Shown: in pieces, positions 17,375 to 25,627 of the stretch | Layout of the letters: each line of letters opens with the position of its first letter | Position numbering within the stretch: the first letter of the stretch is position 1 | Assembly: GCF_001457615.1 (NCBI RefSeq) | Contig: NZ_LN831024.1 | Location: 3,690,001 to 3,722,000 of the forward strand | Origin: Pseudomonas aeruginosa | GTDB lineage: Bacteria; Pseudomonadota; Gammaproteobacteria; Pseudomonadales; Pseudomonadaceae | DNA: 32,000 bases | Direction of reading: 5' to 3' | Position numbers and translations under genes: made by a program | Notes under the pieces: generated by a model | What the model was told of the DNA's origin: nothing | The model's database searches: none | Seen by the model: the letters and a program-made list of their open reading frames with translations, nothing else

Positions 17375-17811
17375 AGGGAAATTAATCGAGATGGGCGGTC
17401 CCATGGCCACCGGCGAGGAAGTTGCGCCGTGACCGACTGCAGGCGGGACGCACCGCTGCGTTTACCCTGGGCACGCCCGTACCGCACCGGCTGGGCGGAA
17501 ATCGATAGCGACCCGAGCAGTCAGGAAAGCAGGATTCGATGACCGCCGCAGCGCCTATCGCCAAGCCCTCGATGACCAACTTATGCGGTAGGCCGCGTAC
17601 GGCGACGACAGAGAATTGCGCACCGCTTACCCGCTCGACAGTGCTGTGCGCCTACTGGCGAGAAAGCTGCCCGACAGTAGTCGGGTCGGCTAGCGCGGCC
17701 AGTCGGTCGATGCCCTCCTGGGCATCGACCTCAACGGCCAGTAACTGACCCGCCACCAGCGCAGCGCCGGGTACCAACAGCAGCGCCAGGAAAGCGAGCT
17801 ACGAATAATCA

Positions 17812-17838
17812 GGAAAAACGCGCATCCAGCCCGATGCA
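17812..17838 (-). terminator. Possible intrinsic terminator of the GST gene
   Basis: On the minus strand the hairpin GCATC-GGGCTG-GATGC is followed by GCGTTTTTCC. It lies about 80 nt after the GST stop. The stem is short (5-6 bp). Confidence 0.35.
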
Positions 17839-17914
17839 TAAAAATTTCGCTCTACCCGAAACTCCCGCTCATGACAGAAATCACTGCCTCGCCAACCGCT
17901 GATCGAAGCTCCCC

Positions 17915-18517
17915 TCAATCCAGCATCCCCACATACCCCGGCACCTCCCCCACTCGCTTGATCCACGCGCGGATCGCCGGGTAGGCCGTCAGGTCGAAGC
18001 CGCCTTCATGGGCGACATGGGTGTAGGCGTAGAGGGTGATATCGGCGATGGAGAACTGTTCGCCGACCAGGAATGGCGTGCGCGACAGCTGTTTCTCCAT
18101 GACGTCGAGGGCCTTGTAGCCGCCGATCTTCTTCTCTTCGAACTCGGCGCGGCGGGCTTCCGGGAGGCCGAGGTAGAGCTTGATGAAGCGCGCCACGGCC
18201 ACATAGGGCTCATGGCTGTATTGCTCGAAGAATTGCCATTGCAGCACCTGGGTGCGCAGGCGCGGTTCGCTGGGCAACAGGGCGCTGCCGTCGGCGAGGA
18301 AGTTGAGGATGGCGTTGGACTCCCACAGGCAACTGCCGTCCTCCAGCTCCAGCACCGGTATCTTGCCGTTGGGGTTCTTCGCCAGGAACTCCGGGGTCTG
18401 GGTCTCGCCCTTGAGAATGTCCACCGGAACCCACTGGTAGTCGATGCCGAGCAGCGACATGGCCAGCTTGATCTTGTAGCAGTTGCCCGAACGGTAATCA
18501 CCGTAGACCTTGTACAT
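17915..18517 (-). CDS. Glutathione S-transferase
   Basis: 200 aa with an N-terminal thioredoxin-like GST fold (YKIKLAMSLLGIDYQWVPVDILKGETQTPEFLAKNPNGKIPVLELEDG) and a C-terminal helical GST domain. Confidence 0.85.
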   Translation of the reverse strand: MYKVYGDYRSGNCYKIKLAMSLLGIDYQWVPVDILKGETQTPEFLAKNPNGKIPVLELEDGSCLWESNAILNFLADGSALLPSEPRLRTQVLQWQFFEQYSHEPYVAVARFIKLYLGLPEARRAEFEEKKIGGYKALDVMEKQLSRTPFLVGEQFSIADITLYAYTHVAHEGGFDLTAYPAIRAWIKRVGEVPGYVGMLD

Positions 18518-18572
18518 CGTGTCGCTCCTCGGATCGGATGGCCGGCGCCCCGGGAGGAGCGCCGATGAGGGT

Positions 18573-19739
18573 TCAGGCCGCTTCGGCGGCCTGGGCGTCG
18601 CGGACGACCTTGGCCAGGCGCCGCAGGCCTTCGTGCAGGCGCTCCGGGGCGACGTGGCTGAAGTTCAGCCGCAGACGCCCGAGGTTCTGCTCCGGCTCGG
18701 CGAAGAAAGGTTCGCCGGGCATGAATGCGACATCGGCGGCCAGCGCCGGCTGGAGCAGGGTGCGGGTATCCAGCGGCTGCCTGAGGGTCAGCCAGAAGAA
18801 CAGCCCGCCCTCCGGGATATTCCATTCGGCCAGCTCGCCGAAGTGCTCCAGCAGGGCCTCCTGCATGGCGTCGCGGCGGACCCGGTAGAACTCGCGCAGC
18901 TCGGCCAGGTGCTGGCGGTAGGCCTCGCTGCCGAACCATTGCAGCGCCTGCCACTGCCCTACCCGGTTGGTATGCAGGTCGGCCGACTGTTTCAGCCGCA
19001 GCAGGTGGGGGAACAGGTCCGGGGTGGCGATCAGGAAACCGACGCGCAGGCCCGGCAGCAGGGTCTTCGACACCGTGCCGGTATAGATCCAGCTGGACTT
19101 GCGCAGGCGGCTGACCAGCGGGGTTGCGCGGCCCTCGTCGAACACCAGTTCGCGATAGGGTTCGTCTTCGATCAGGGTCACGCCGAATTCGTCTAGCAGC
19201 GCCGCCACCGCGTCGCGGCGTTCCTCGCTGTAGCGCACGCCGGACGGATTCTGGAAAGTCGGGATCAGGTAGGCGAAGGCCGGCTTGTGTCGCTCCAGGC
19301 GCTGCCGCAGGGCAACCAGGTCGGGGCCCTCGGCACCCAGCGGCACGGTCACGCAATCGGCGCCGAACAATTGGAAGGCCTGTAGCGCGGCGAGGTAGGT
19401 CGGCGCCTCGAGCAGCACCTCGGTGCCCGGATCGATGAACAGCTTGCTGGCCAGGTCGAGGGTCTGCTGCGAACCGCTGACGATCAGCACCTGGCTCGCC
19501 TCGCAGGGGACGCCGAGGGCACGCGCTTCGGCGGCGATGGCTTCGCGCAGGGCAGGCTCGCCTTCGCTCATGCCGTACTGGCCCATGGAGGCCGGCATCT
19601 GCTCCCACTGCACCTTCGGCAGCATCGGCTCGGCCGGCAGCCCGCCGGCGAACGACATCACCTCCGGACGCTGCGCCGCGGCAAGGATTTCGCGGATCAA
19701 GGAGCTTTTCAGGCGGGAGATGCGTTCAGAGAAGGCCAT
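18573..19739 (-). CDS. PLP-dependent aminotransferase (class I/II)
   Basis: I trimmed the 827-aa track ORF to ATG 19739 (MAFSERISRLKSSLIREIL...), giving 388 aa. The PLP-lysine context is GTVSKTLLPGLRVG. The upstream part of the track ORF is low-complexity read-through across the MarR gene and membrane-protein gene regions. Confidence 0.85.
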   Translation of the reverse strand: MAFSERISRLKSSLIREILAAAQRPEVMSFAGGLPAEPMLPKVQWEQMPASMGQYGMSEGEPALREAIAAEARALGVPCEASQVLIVSGSQQTLDLASKLFIDPGTEVLLEAPTYLAALQAFQLFGADCVTVPLGAEGPDLVALRQRLERHKPAFAYLIPTFQNPSGVRYSEERRDAVAALLDEFGVTLIEDEPYRELVFDEGRATPLVSRLRKSSWIYTGTVSKTLLPGLRVGFLIATPDLFPHLLRLKQSADLHTNRVGQWQALQWFGSEAYRQHLAELREFYRVRRDAMQEALLEHFGELAEWNIPEGGLFFWLTLRQPLDTRTLLQPALAADVAFMPGEPFFAEPEQNLGRLRLNFSHVAPERLHEGLRRLAKVVRDAQAAEAA

Positions 19740-19772
19740 GGGATCACCGGTAGCGTAGGCGGGGAAAAATGA

Positions 19773-19787
19773 GTCAAACTGCTTGAC
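19773..19787. promoter_or_regulatory. Palindrome GTCAA-ACTGC-TTGAC in the divergent aminotransferase/MarR promoter region (candidate MarR operator)
   Basis: 5-bp inverted repeat read directly, in the 81-bp divergent intergenic region. Confidence 0.3.
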
Positions 19788-19820
19788 CGAAACTACGATG
19801 CCGCACCCGGAAGCGTCAAT

Positions 19821-20297
19821 ATGCCTGACCTGAAAAACCACGCCGTCCAGCAGCAGGCCATGATGGAAGCCTTCTTCTTCGCGTACCAGGCCTTCACCAC
19901 CAAGCCTGACGAGATGCTCGCCCGCCGCGGCCTGGGACGTGTGCACCACCGCGTGCTGTTCTTCATCGCCCGCTATCCGGGCCTCAGCGTGAAGGAACTG
20001 CTGGCCCTGCTCGGCGTGACCAAGCAGGCGCTGAACATCCCGCTGCGCCAGTTGCTGGAGATGAACCTGATCGGCAGCGCCACCGCCGACGACGACAAGC
20101 GCAAACGCCTCCTCGGCCTCACCGCCGAGGGCGTGCGGTTGGAAAAGGCGCTGCGTCGCGAGCAGTCGCGGCTGCTCCAACGCTGCTTCGAGGAAGCCGG
20201 CGGCGAAGCGGTCTCCGGCTGGCTGGCGGTCAATCGCACCCTGGCTCGGGCGCATGCAGGCAGCCGCGGCGAAGCGGCGACGGAGGCCGCCGACTGA
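19821..20297 (+). CDS. MarR-family transcriptional regulator
   Basis: 158 aa with a winged-HTH region (LSVKELLALLGVTKQALNIPLRQLLEMNLI...DDKRKRLLGLTAEG). It is divergent from the aminotransferase gene. Confidence 0.8.
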   Translation: MPDLKNHAVQQQAMMEAFFFAYQAFTTKPDEMLARRGLGRVHHRVLFFIARYPGLSVKELLALLGVTKQALNIPLRQLLEMNLIGSATADDDKRKRLLGLTAEGVRLEKALRREQSRLLQRCFEEAGGEAVSGWLAVNRTLARAHAGSRGEAATEAAD

Positions 20298-20347
20298 CGC
20301 CCCATGGGCCTGGCGCATGGACGCTCGACAAGCCGACCGGCTGCCCG

Positions 20348-20983
20348 CTAGCTCCGCTCCAACTCCCGCGCCGCGCGCCAGCAGGCCAGCGCCATGGCCA
20401 CGGTGGCGGCCAGCAGCGGCAGTACCGCCAGCACCAGCAACAGCACCGAAGCCAGCATCGCGCCGCCGGCGATGTCCAGCCAGGCCATGATCCGCAGCGA
20501 CGGATAGAGGTTTTCCTGCTTGAGCAGACGCAGGCCCAGCCAGAGGGTGGTAGCGCCGATCAGCGCAAGCAGCGCGAAGTACACCAGCGCCTGCCAGTTC
20601 CAGCCCTGCAGCGCATCGTCGGTAACCGCCAGCAGGCTCCAGCCCTCGCCCAGCAGGGTCAGGAGAATCGACAACCATACCGGCCAGGCCAGCGAGGGGC
20701 CGCGAAAGCGCGACTCGACCAGGTGCTTGAGCCGCAGCAGCAGGTAGGCGCCGAGCAGGCTGAGGAGCAGGCCCAGCCAGTCGGCGTAGACCCTGAACGC
20801 GGCGCCGTCGCCGAATGCCTCCAGCAGGCTGAGCACCATCAGCACCACGCCGCCGGCTATCGAGGCCAGGCAGAGCCAGGCGAGGATGCGCAGTTGCGCG
20901 GGCGTCCAGCGCCGGCGGAAAGCATCCGGTATGCCCTGCTCGACCAATTCGACACGCGGCGTGGCGTAGGGGTTTGCATCCAT
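20348..20983 (-). CDS. Hypothetical integral membrane protein (about 5 TM helices)
   Basis: Strongly hydrophobic ORF. I chose the start at ATG 20983 (MDANPYATP), which follows a GAGGAG Shine-Dalgarno; an alternative ATG lies at 21001. Confidence 0.6.
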   Translation of the reverse strand: MDANPYATPRVELVEQGIPDAFRRRWTPAQLRILAWLCLASIAGGVVLMVLSLLEAFGDGAAFRVYADWLGLLLSLLGAYLLLRLKHLVESRFRGPSLAWPVWLSILLTLLGEGWSLLAVTDDALQGWNWQALVYFALLALIGATTLWLGLRLLKQENLYPSLRIMAWLDIAGGAMLASVLLLVLAVLPLLAATVAMALACWRAARELERS

Positions 20984-21213
20984 GGCGAAGCTCCTCGGCA
21001 AATGCCGGGAAGTTACCAGCTCCGCCAGCTTCCGGCAGCTGCGACTGTATGGCCAACTATGTCCGCGGCTGTACCGGGACAGCCCCTGGCCGGCTGTTTA
21101 GGCTGCGCAAAACAGAAAAAGATGATCGGCACTCCGCGCCTCGCGCAACCTGCCCCGTGGCTCCGCCCACCGCCGTGCCCGGTCGTCCCGCACACTCCAT
21201 GGAAGTACCCGGC

Positions 21214-22410
21214 ATGACCGAAACCACCCAGCCCCAGCCTCGTCTGCGTCCGTTCGCCGACTCCTCTCCCGCCGCCGTGGTGGCCGGCTTCGTCGCCATG
21301 CTCACCGGCTACACCAGCTCGCTGGTACTGATGTTCCAGGCCGGGCAGAACGCCGGTCTCAGCAGCGCGCAGATTTCCTCGTGGATCTGGGCCCTGTCGA
21401 TCGGCATGGGCCTGGCGACCATCGGCCTGACCCTGCGCTACCGGGTGCCGATCGTGATCGCCTGGTCCACCCCCGGCGCGGCGCTGCTGATCAGCAGCCT
21501 GCCCGGAGTGCCGTACAGCGAGGCGATCGGCGCCTTCATCGTCTGCGCCCTCCTGATCACCCTGTGCGGCGTCACCGGCAGCTTCGAACGCCTGATGCGC
21601 CAGGTTCCCTCCTCGCTGGCCTCGGCGCTGCTGGCCGGGGTGCTGTTCCGCATCGGCATCGAGATCTGCAACGCCGCCGAGCAACAGACCCTGCTGGTGC
21701 TGGCGATGTTCTTCAGCTATCTGCTGTGCAAACGCTTCTCGCCGCGCTATGCGGTGTTCGCTGCGCTACTGGTGGGGGTGCTGCTGGCCGGGATACTGGG
21801 CCAACTGGACTTCAGCAGGTTCCGCCTGGAACTGGCGGTACCGGAGTGGACCACGCCGAGCTTCTCCCTGGCCGCCACCATCAGCATCGGCATCCCGCTG
21901 TTCATCGTCGCCATGGCTTCGCAGAACATGCCCGGCATCGCCGTGCTGCGCGCCGACGGCTACCAGGTGCCGGCCTCGCCGCTGATCTCGAGTACCGGCA
22001 TCGCCTCGATCCTGCTGGCACCGTTCGGCTCCCACGGGATCAACCTGGCGGCGATCAGCGCGGCGATCTGCACCGGTCCCTCGGCCCACGAGGACCCGCA
22101 CAAGCGCTATACCGCGGCGCTCTGGTGCGGCTTCTTCAACTGCGTCGCAGGAACCTTCGGCGCCACCCTGGCAGCGTTGTTCGCGGCGTTCCCCAAGGCA
22201 CTGGTACTGTCCATCGCCGCCATCGCCCTGCTCGGCTCGATCATGAACGGCCTGGCCAACTCGATGGCCGACGAGCGCCAGCGCGAGGCCGCGCTGGTGA
22301 CCTTCATGGTCACCGCCTCCGGCTTCACCCTGCTGTCCATCGGCTCGGCGTTCTGGGGCCTGGTGGCCGGCCTGCTGACTCAGTTCGTGCTCAACTGGCG
22401 GCGCGGCTGA
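21214..22410 (+). CDS. BenE-family benzoate/aromatic-acid membrane transporter
   Basis: 398 aa after trimming the track ORF to ATG 21214 (MTETTQPQPRLRPFADSS...). It is polytopic and BenE-like (AGFVAMLTGYTSSLVLMFQA..., PLFIVAMASQNMPGIAVL). Confidence 0.75.
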   Translation: MTETTQPQPRLRPFADSSPAAVVAGFVAMLTGYTSSLVLMFQAGQNAGLSSAQISSWIWALSIGMGLATIGLTLRYRVPIVIAWSTPGAALLISSLPGVPYSEAIGAFIVCALLITLCGVTGSFERLMRQVPSSLASALLAGVLFRIGIEICNAAEQQTLLVLAMFFSYLLCKRFSPRYAVFAALLVGVLLAGILGQLDFSRFRLELAVPEWTTPSFSLAATISIGIPLFIVAMASQNMPGIAVLRADGYQVPASPLISSTGIASILLAPFGSHGINLAAISAAICTGPSAHEDPHKRYTAALWCGFFNCVAGTFGATLAALFAAFPKALVLSIAAIALLGSIMNGLANSMADERQREAALVTFMVTASGFTLLSIGSAFWGLVAGLLTQFVLNWRRG

Positions 22411-22416
22411 CCGACC

Positions 22417-23310
22417 TCAGTCCGGCGCCGTCACGGGCGCCGGCGCGGCCTGGTGGCCACGGCTGACCCACCAGCCGAAGGCCGCCGCGGTGAAGAACAT
22501 CAGCACTCCGTAGATCGCCGGCGGAATCGCCATGGTGCTGTTGTTCAGCAGGCTCGGACTCAGCGCCAGGGCGATCGCCAGGGTGCCGTTGTGGATGCCG
22601 ATCTCCATGCCGATGGCCACCGCCTGGGCCTTCGGCAGGCGCAGCAGGCGCGGCACCCAGTAGCCCACCGCCAGGCTCAGCAGGTTGAAGGCCAGCGCGG
22701 CCAGCCCGACCACCGGCGCGTAGGTGACGAAGGTCTGCCAGTCCTTGGCTAGCGCCAGCAGGATGATCACCAGCAACAGCAGCGCGGAAAGGATCTTCAC
22801 CGGCTTCTGCAGGCGATCCGCCACGGCCGGCAGGCGGTTGCGCACCAGCATGCCGATGGCCACCGGGCCGAGGACGATGACGAAGACCTGCACGACCTTG
22901 CCGAACTGCAAGGGAATCGCCTGCCCGTCGCCCATGAAGTATTGCAGCGACAGATTGACGATCAGCGGCATGGTGAGGATGGCGATCACCGAGTTCACCG
23001 CGGTCAGGGTGATGTTCAGTGCCACGTCGCCATGCGCCAGGTGGCTGTAGAGGTTGGCGGTGGTGCCGCCGGGCGAGGCCGCCAGCAACATCATGCCGAC
23101 CGCCAGGGCCGCCTCCAGGGCGAAGCCCTGGACGATCAGGAAACAGGCCAGGGGCAGCAGGACGATCTGGCACACCAGGCCGACCAGCACCGGCTTCGGG
23201 TAGCGCACCACGCGGAGGAAGTCGGCCGGGGTCAGGGACAGTCCGAGACCGAGCATGATGATGCCCAGGGCGATGGGGAGGAACAGGGTCAGGATGGGAT
23301 CGGCGGTCAT
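22417..23310 (-). CDS. Bile acid:sodium symporter (BASS) family transporter
   Basis: 297 aa and polytopic with a typical BASS N-terminus (LFLPIALGIIMLGLGLSLTPADFLRVVRYPKPVLVGL). Confidence 0.8.
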   Translation of the reverse strand: MTADPILTLFLPIALGIIMLGLGLSLTPADFLRVVRYPKPVLVGLVCQIVLLPLACFLIVQGFALEAALAVGMMLLAASPGGTTANLYSHLAHGDVALNITLTAVNSVIAILTMPLIVNLSLQYFMGDGQAIPLQFGKVVQVFVIVLGPVAIGMLVRNRLPAVADRLQKPVKILSALLLLVIILLALAKDWQTFVTYAPVVGLAALAFNLLSLAVGYWVPRLLRLPKAQAVAIGMEIGIHNGTLAIALALSPSLLNNSTMAIPPAIYGVLMFFTAAAFGWWVSRGHQAAPAPVTAPD

Positions 23311-23428
23311 TATTGTTATTGCTCCGATGCGATGGAGACGGGCTCAGGCCCCGGATTCTCGACCCAGGTTAGTCCCCCGGCAGTGGCCTGGCGCGCCAAA
23401 CCGCGCGCCGACCTGTAACAGAATGCGA

Positions 23429-23447
23429 ATGCCCCGCGCCGGGGCAT
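23429..23447 (-). terminator. GC-rich hairpin ATGCCCCG-CGC-CGGGGCAT just after the SDR stop (possible terminator)
   Basis: Perfect 8-bp stem followed on the minus strand by TCGCATTCTGTT. A second hairpin, GGCGCGC-CAAACC-GCGCGCC, lies at 23389-23408. Confidence 0.4.
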
Positions 23448-23468
23448 CCCGGTTGTATCGCCGCCCGC

Positions 23469-24230
23469 TCAGATCGCCGTCGCCCCGCCGTCCACCGGCA
23501 AGGCGATACCGGTGGTGAAGCCTGCGTTGTCGCTGCACAGATAGAGCACCGCGGCGGCGATTTCCTCGACCCGCCCGACCCGACCCAGCGGATGCATCGC
23601 GGCGGCGAACTCGGCCTTGCGCGGATCGGCCTCGTAGGCGCGGCGGAACATGTCGGTGTCGATCACCGCCGGACACACGGCGTTGACGCGGATGCCCTTC
23701 TTCGCGTACTCGATCGCCGCCGATTTGGTCAGGCCGATCACCGCGTGCTTGGAAGCAGCGTAGATGCTCATCTTCGGCGCCGCGCCGAGCCCGGCGACCG
23801 AGGCGGTGTTGACGATCGCGCCACCGCCCTGGGCCAGCATCAGCGGGATCTGGTGCTTCATGCACAACCAGACGCCCTTCACGTTGACAGCCATGATGGC
23901 GTCGAACTCGGCTTCGTTGCCGTCGGCCAGCTTGCCCTGCTCGATCTCGATACCGGCGTTGTTGAAGGCATAGTCGAGACGGCCGTAGGCCGCTGCGCAA
24001 CCCTCTACCAGCGCCTTGACCTCGGCGTCGCGGGTGACGTCGCAGCGAATGAAGAGGGCTTCGCCACCTGCCTGGCGGATCGCTTCGACCGTGCCCTCGC
24101 CGCCGGCGCTGTCCAGGTCGGCGACCACCACCTTGACCCCGGCGGCGGCGAAGGCCAGCGCGGTAGCGCGGCCGATGCCCGCCGCACCGCCAGTGACCAG
24201 CGCGACCTGGCCGGAAAGAAGTTTGCTCAT
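23469..24230 (-). CDS. Short-chain dehydrogenase/reductase (SDR)
   Basis: I trimmed to ATG 24230 (MSKLLSGQVALVTGGAAGIGRA), giving 253 aa. It has the TGxxxGIG cofactor motif, NNAG, and the catalytic YAASK. Confidence 0.9.
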   Translation of the reverse strand: MSKLLSGQVALVTGGAAGIGRATALAFAAAGVKVVVADLDSAGGEGTVEAIRQAGGEALFIRCDVTRDAEVKALVEGCAAAYGRLDYAFNNAGIEIEQGKLADGNEAEFDAIMAVNVKGVWLCMKHQIPLMLAQGGGAIVNTASVAGLGAAPKMSIYAASKHAVIGLTKSAAIEYAKKGIRVNAVCPAVIDTDMFRRAYEADPRKAEFAAAMHPLGRVGRVEEIAAAVLYLCSDNAGFTTGIALPVDGGATAI

Positions 24231-24480
24231 CTGCTGCTCCTCGGAAAATCGCCTTCCGCCAACCGCGACGGAACTGGGCCGCGCCAGTCTAGCCAGGGCC
24301 GGCGCAAGGCATAGCACTATCAGGGGACTGGAGGATGGGCCATCCAGCCCGCTGATAAGACTGATGGCGGCGAATCATCGGCATAGATGACCGGTCATTT
24401 CCGCACTCGCCTTCGCTTGCCGCCGGCGCCGGCGCCAGCTATCCCTAGGGGCCTGTTTCCCGACATTCGAGTGCCCTGCC

Positions 24481-25485
24481 ATGACCTCCCAGATCAATCG
24501 GCAATACCAGTTGGCCCAGCGTCCCAGCGGGCTGCCCGGCCGCGACACCTTCAGTTTCGTCGAAACCCCGCTCGGCGAACCGGCCGAGGGCCAGATCCTG
24601 GTGAAGAACGAGTACCTGTCGCTGGACCCGGCGATGCGCGGCTGGATGAACGACGCCCGCTCCTACATCCCGCCGGTGGGGATCGGCGAGGTGATGCGTG
24701 CGCTCGGCGTCGGCAAGGTGCTGGTTTCGAAGCACCCCGGCTTCCAGGCCGGCGACTACGTCAACGGCGCCCTCGGCGTGCAGGACTATTTCATCGGCGA
24801 GCCCAAGGGTTTCTACAAGGTCGACCCGTCCCGCGCGCCGCTGCCACGCTATCTCTCGGCGCTGGGCATGACCGGCATGACCGCCTACTTCGCGTTGCTC
24901 GACGTCGGCCAGCCGAAGAACGGCGAGACCGTGGTGATCTCCGGCGCCGCCGGTGCGGTGGGCAGCGTTGCCGGGCAGATCGCCAGGCTCAAGGGCTGCC
25001 GGGTGGTGGGCATCGCCGGCGGCGCCGAGAAATGTCGCTTCCTGGTCGAAGAACTGGGCTTCGACGGCGCCATCGACTACAAGAACGAAGACCTCGCCGC
25101 CGGACTCAAGCGCGAATGCCCGAAGGGTATCGATGTGTTCTTCGACAACGTCGGCGGCGAAATCCTCGACACAGTGCTCACCCGCATCGCCTTCAAGGCA
25201 CGCATCGTCCTCTGCGGGGCGATCAGCCAGTACAACAACAAGGAAGCGGTGCGCGGCCCGGCCAACTACCTGTCGCTGCTGGTCAATCGGGCGCGCATGG
25301 AAGGCATGGTGGTGATGGACTATGCCCAGCGCTTCCCAGAAGGCCTGAAGGAGATGGCCACCTGGCTGGCGGAAGGCAAGCTGCAATCGCGCGAGGACAT
25401 CGTCGAAGGCCTGGAGACCTTCCCCGAAACGCTGCTCAAGCTGTTCAGCGGGGAAAACTTCGGCAAGTTGGTGTTGAAGGTCTGA
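24481..25485 (+). CDS. NADP-dependent oxidoreductase, MDR family (enone/alkenal reductase-like, YncB/CurA type)
   Basis: 334 aa with the cofactor motif GAAGAVGSVAGQIAR and the typical C-terminus FPETLLKLFSGENFGKLVLKV. Confidence 0.85.
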   Translation: MTSQINRQYQLAQRPSGLPGRDTFSFVETPLGEPAEGQILVKNEYLSLDPAMRGWMNDARSYIPPVGIGEVMRALGVGKVLVSKHPGFQAGDYVNGALGVQDYFIGEPKGFYKVDPSRAPLPRYLSALGMTGMTAYFALLDVGQPKNGETVVISGAAGAVGSVAGQIARLKGCRVVGIAGGAEKCRFLVEELGFDGAIDYKNEDLAAGLKRECPKGIDVFFDNVGGEILDTVLTRIAFKARIVLCGAISQYNNKEAVRGPANYLSLLVNRARMEGMVVMDYAQRFPEGLKEMATWLAEGKLQSREDIVEGLETFPETLLKLFSGENFGKLVLKV

Positions 25486-25627
25486 GGTCCGCCGCCGGCG
25501 CGAAGAAGCGGCGGATAGCGCCTCGCCTCGAAGAGCGTGTGCACTGAAGAAATAATGATTCCCGGCAATCCTGCCGCCTGTCCTTCGGGCTAAGCTGCGG
25601 CATCCGCGCCTGCAAGGAATCAGCCGC

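Noticed and set aside
17045-17748. Small ORFs in the tssA2-GST gap: 17045..17230 (-), 17230..17487 (-), 17382..17579 (-) and 17539..17748 (+).
   Set aside because: None has a Shine-Dalgarno or recognisable motifs, their composition is implausible, and they overlap promoter and dyad motifs. I treat the area as regulatory DNA plus decayed sequence rather than genes.
17700-17838. Possible small membrane protein on the minus strand (MHRAGCAFFLIIRS... joined by a frameshift to LAFLALLLVPGAALVAGQLL...).
   Set aside because: It needs a frameshift to be read. Its ATG lies inside the hairpin I interpret as the GST terminator, and there is no Shine-Dalgarno. I keep it only as evidence of decayed coding sequence in the scar finding.
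18573-21056. An 827-aa minus-strand ORF spanning the aminotransferase, the MarR gene and the membrane-protein gene.
   Set aside because: Only the last 388 codons (from ATG 19739) look like a real protein. The upstream 439 codons are low-complexity read-through overlapping two well-supported genes.
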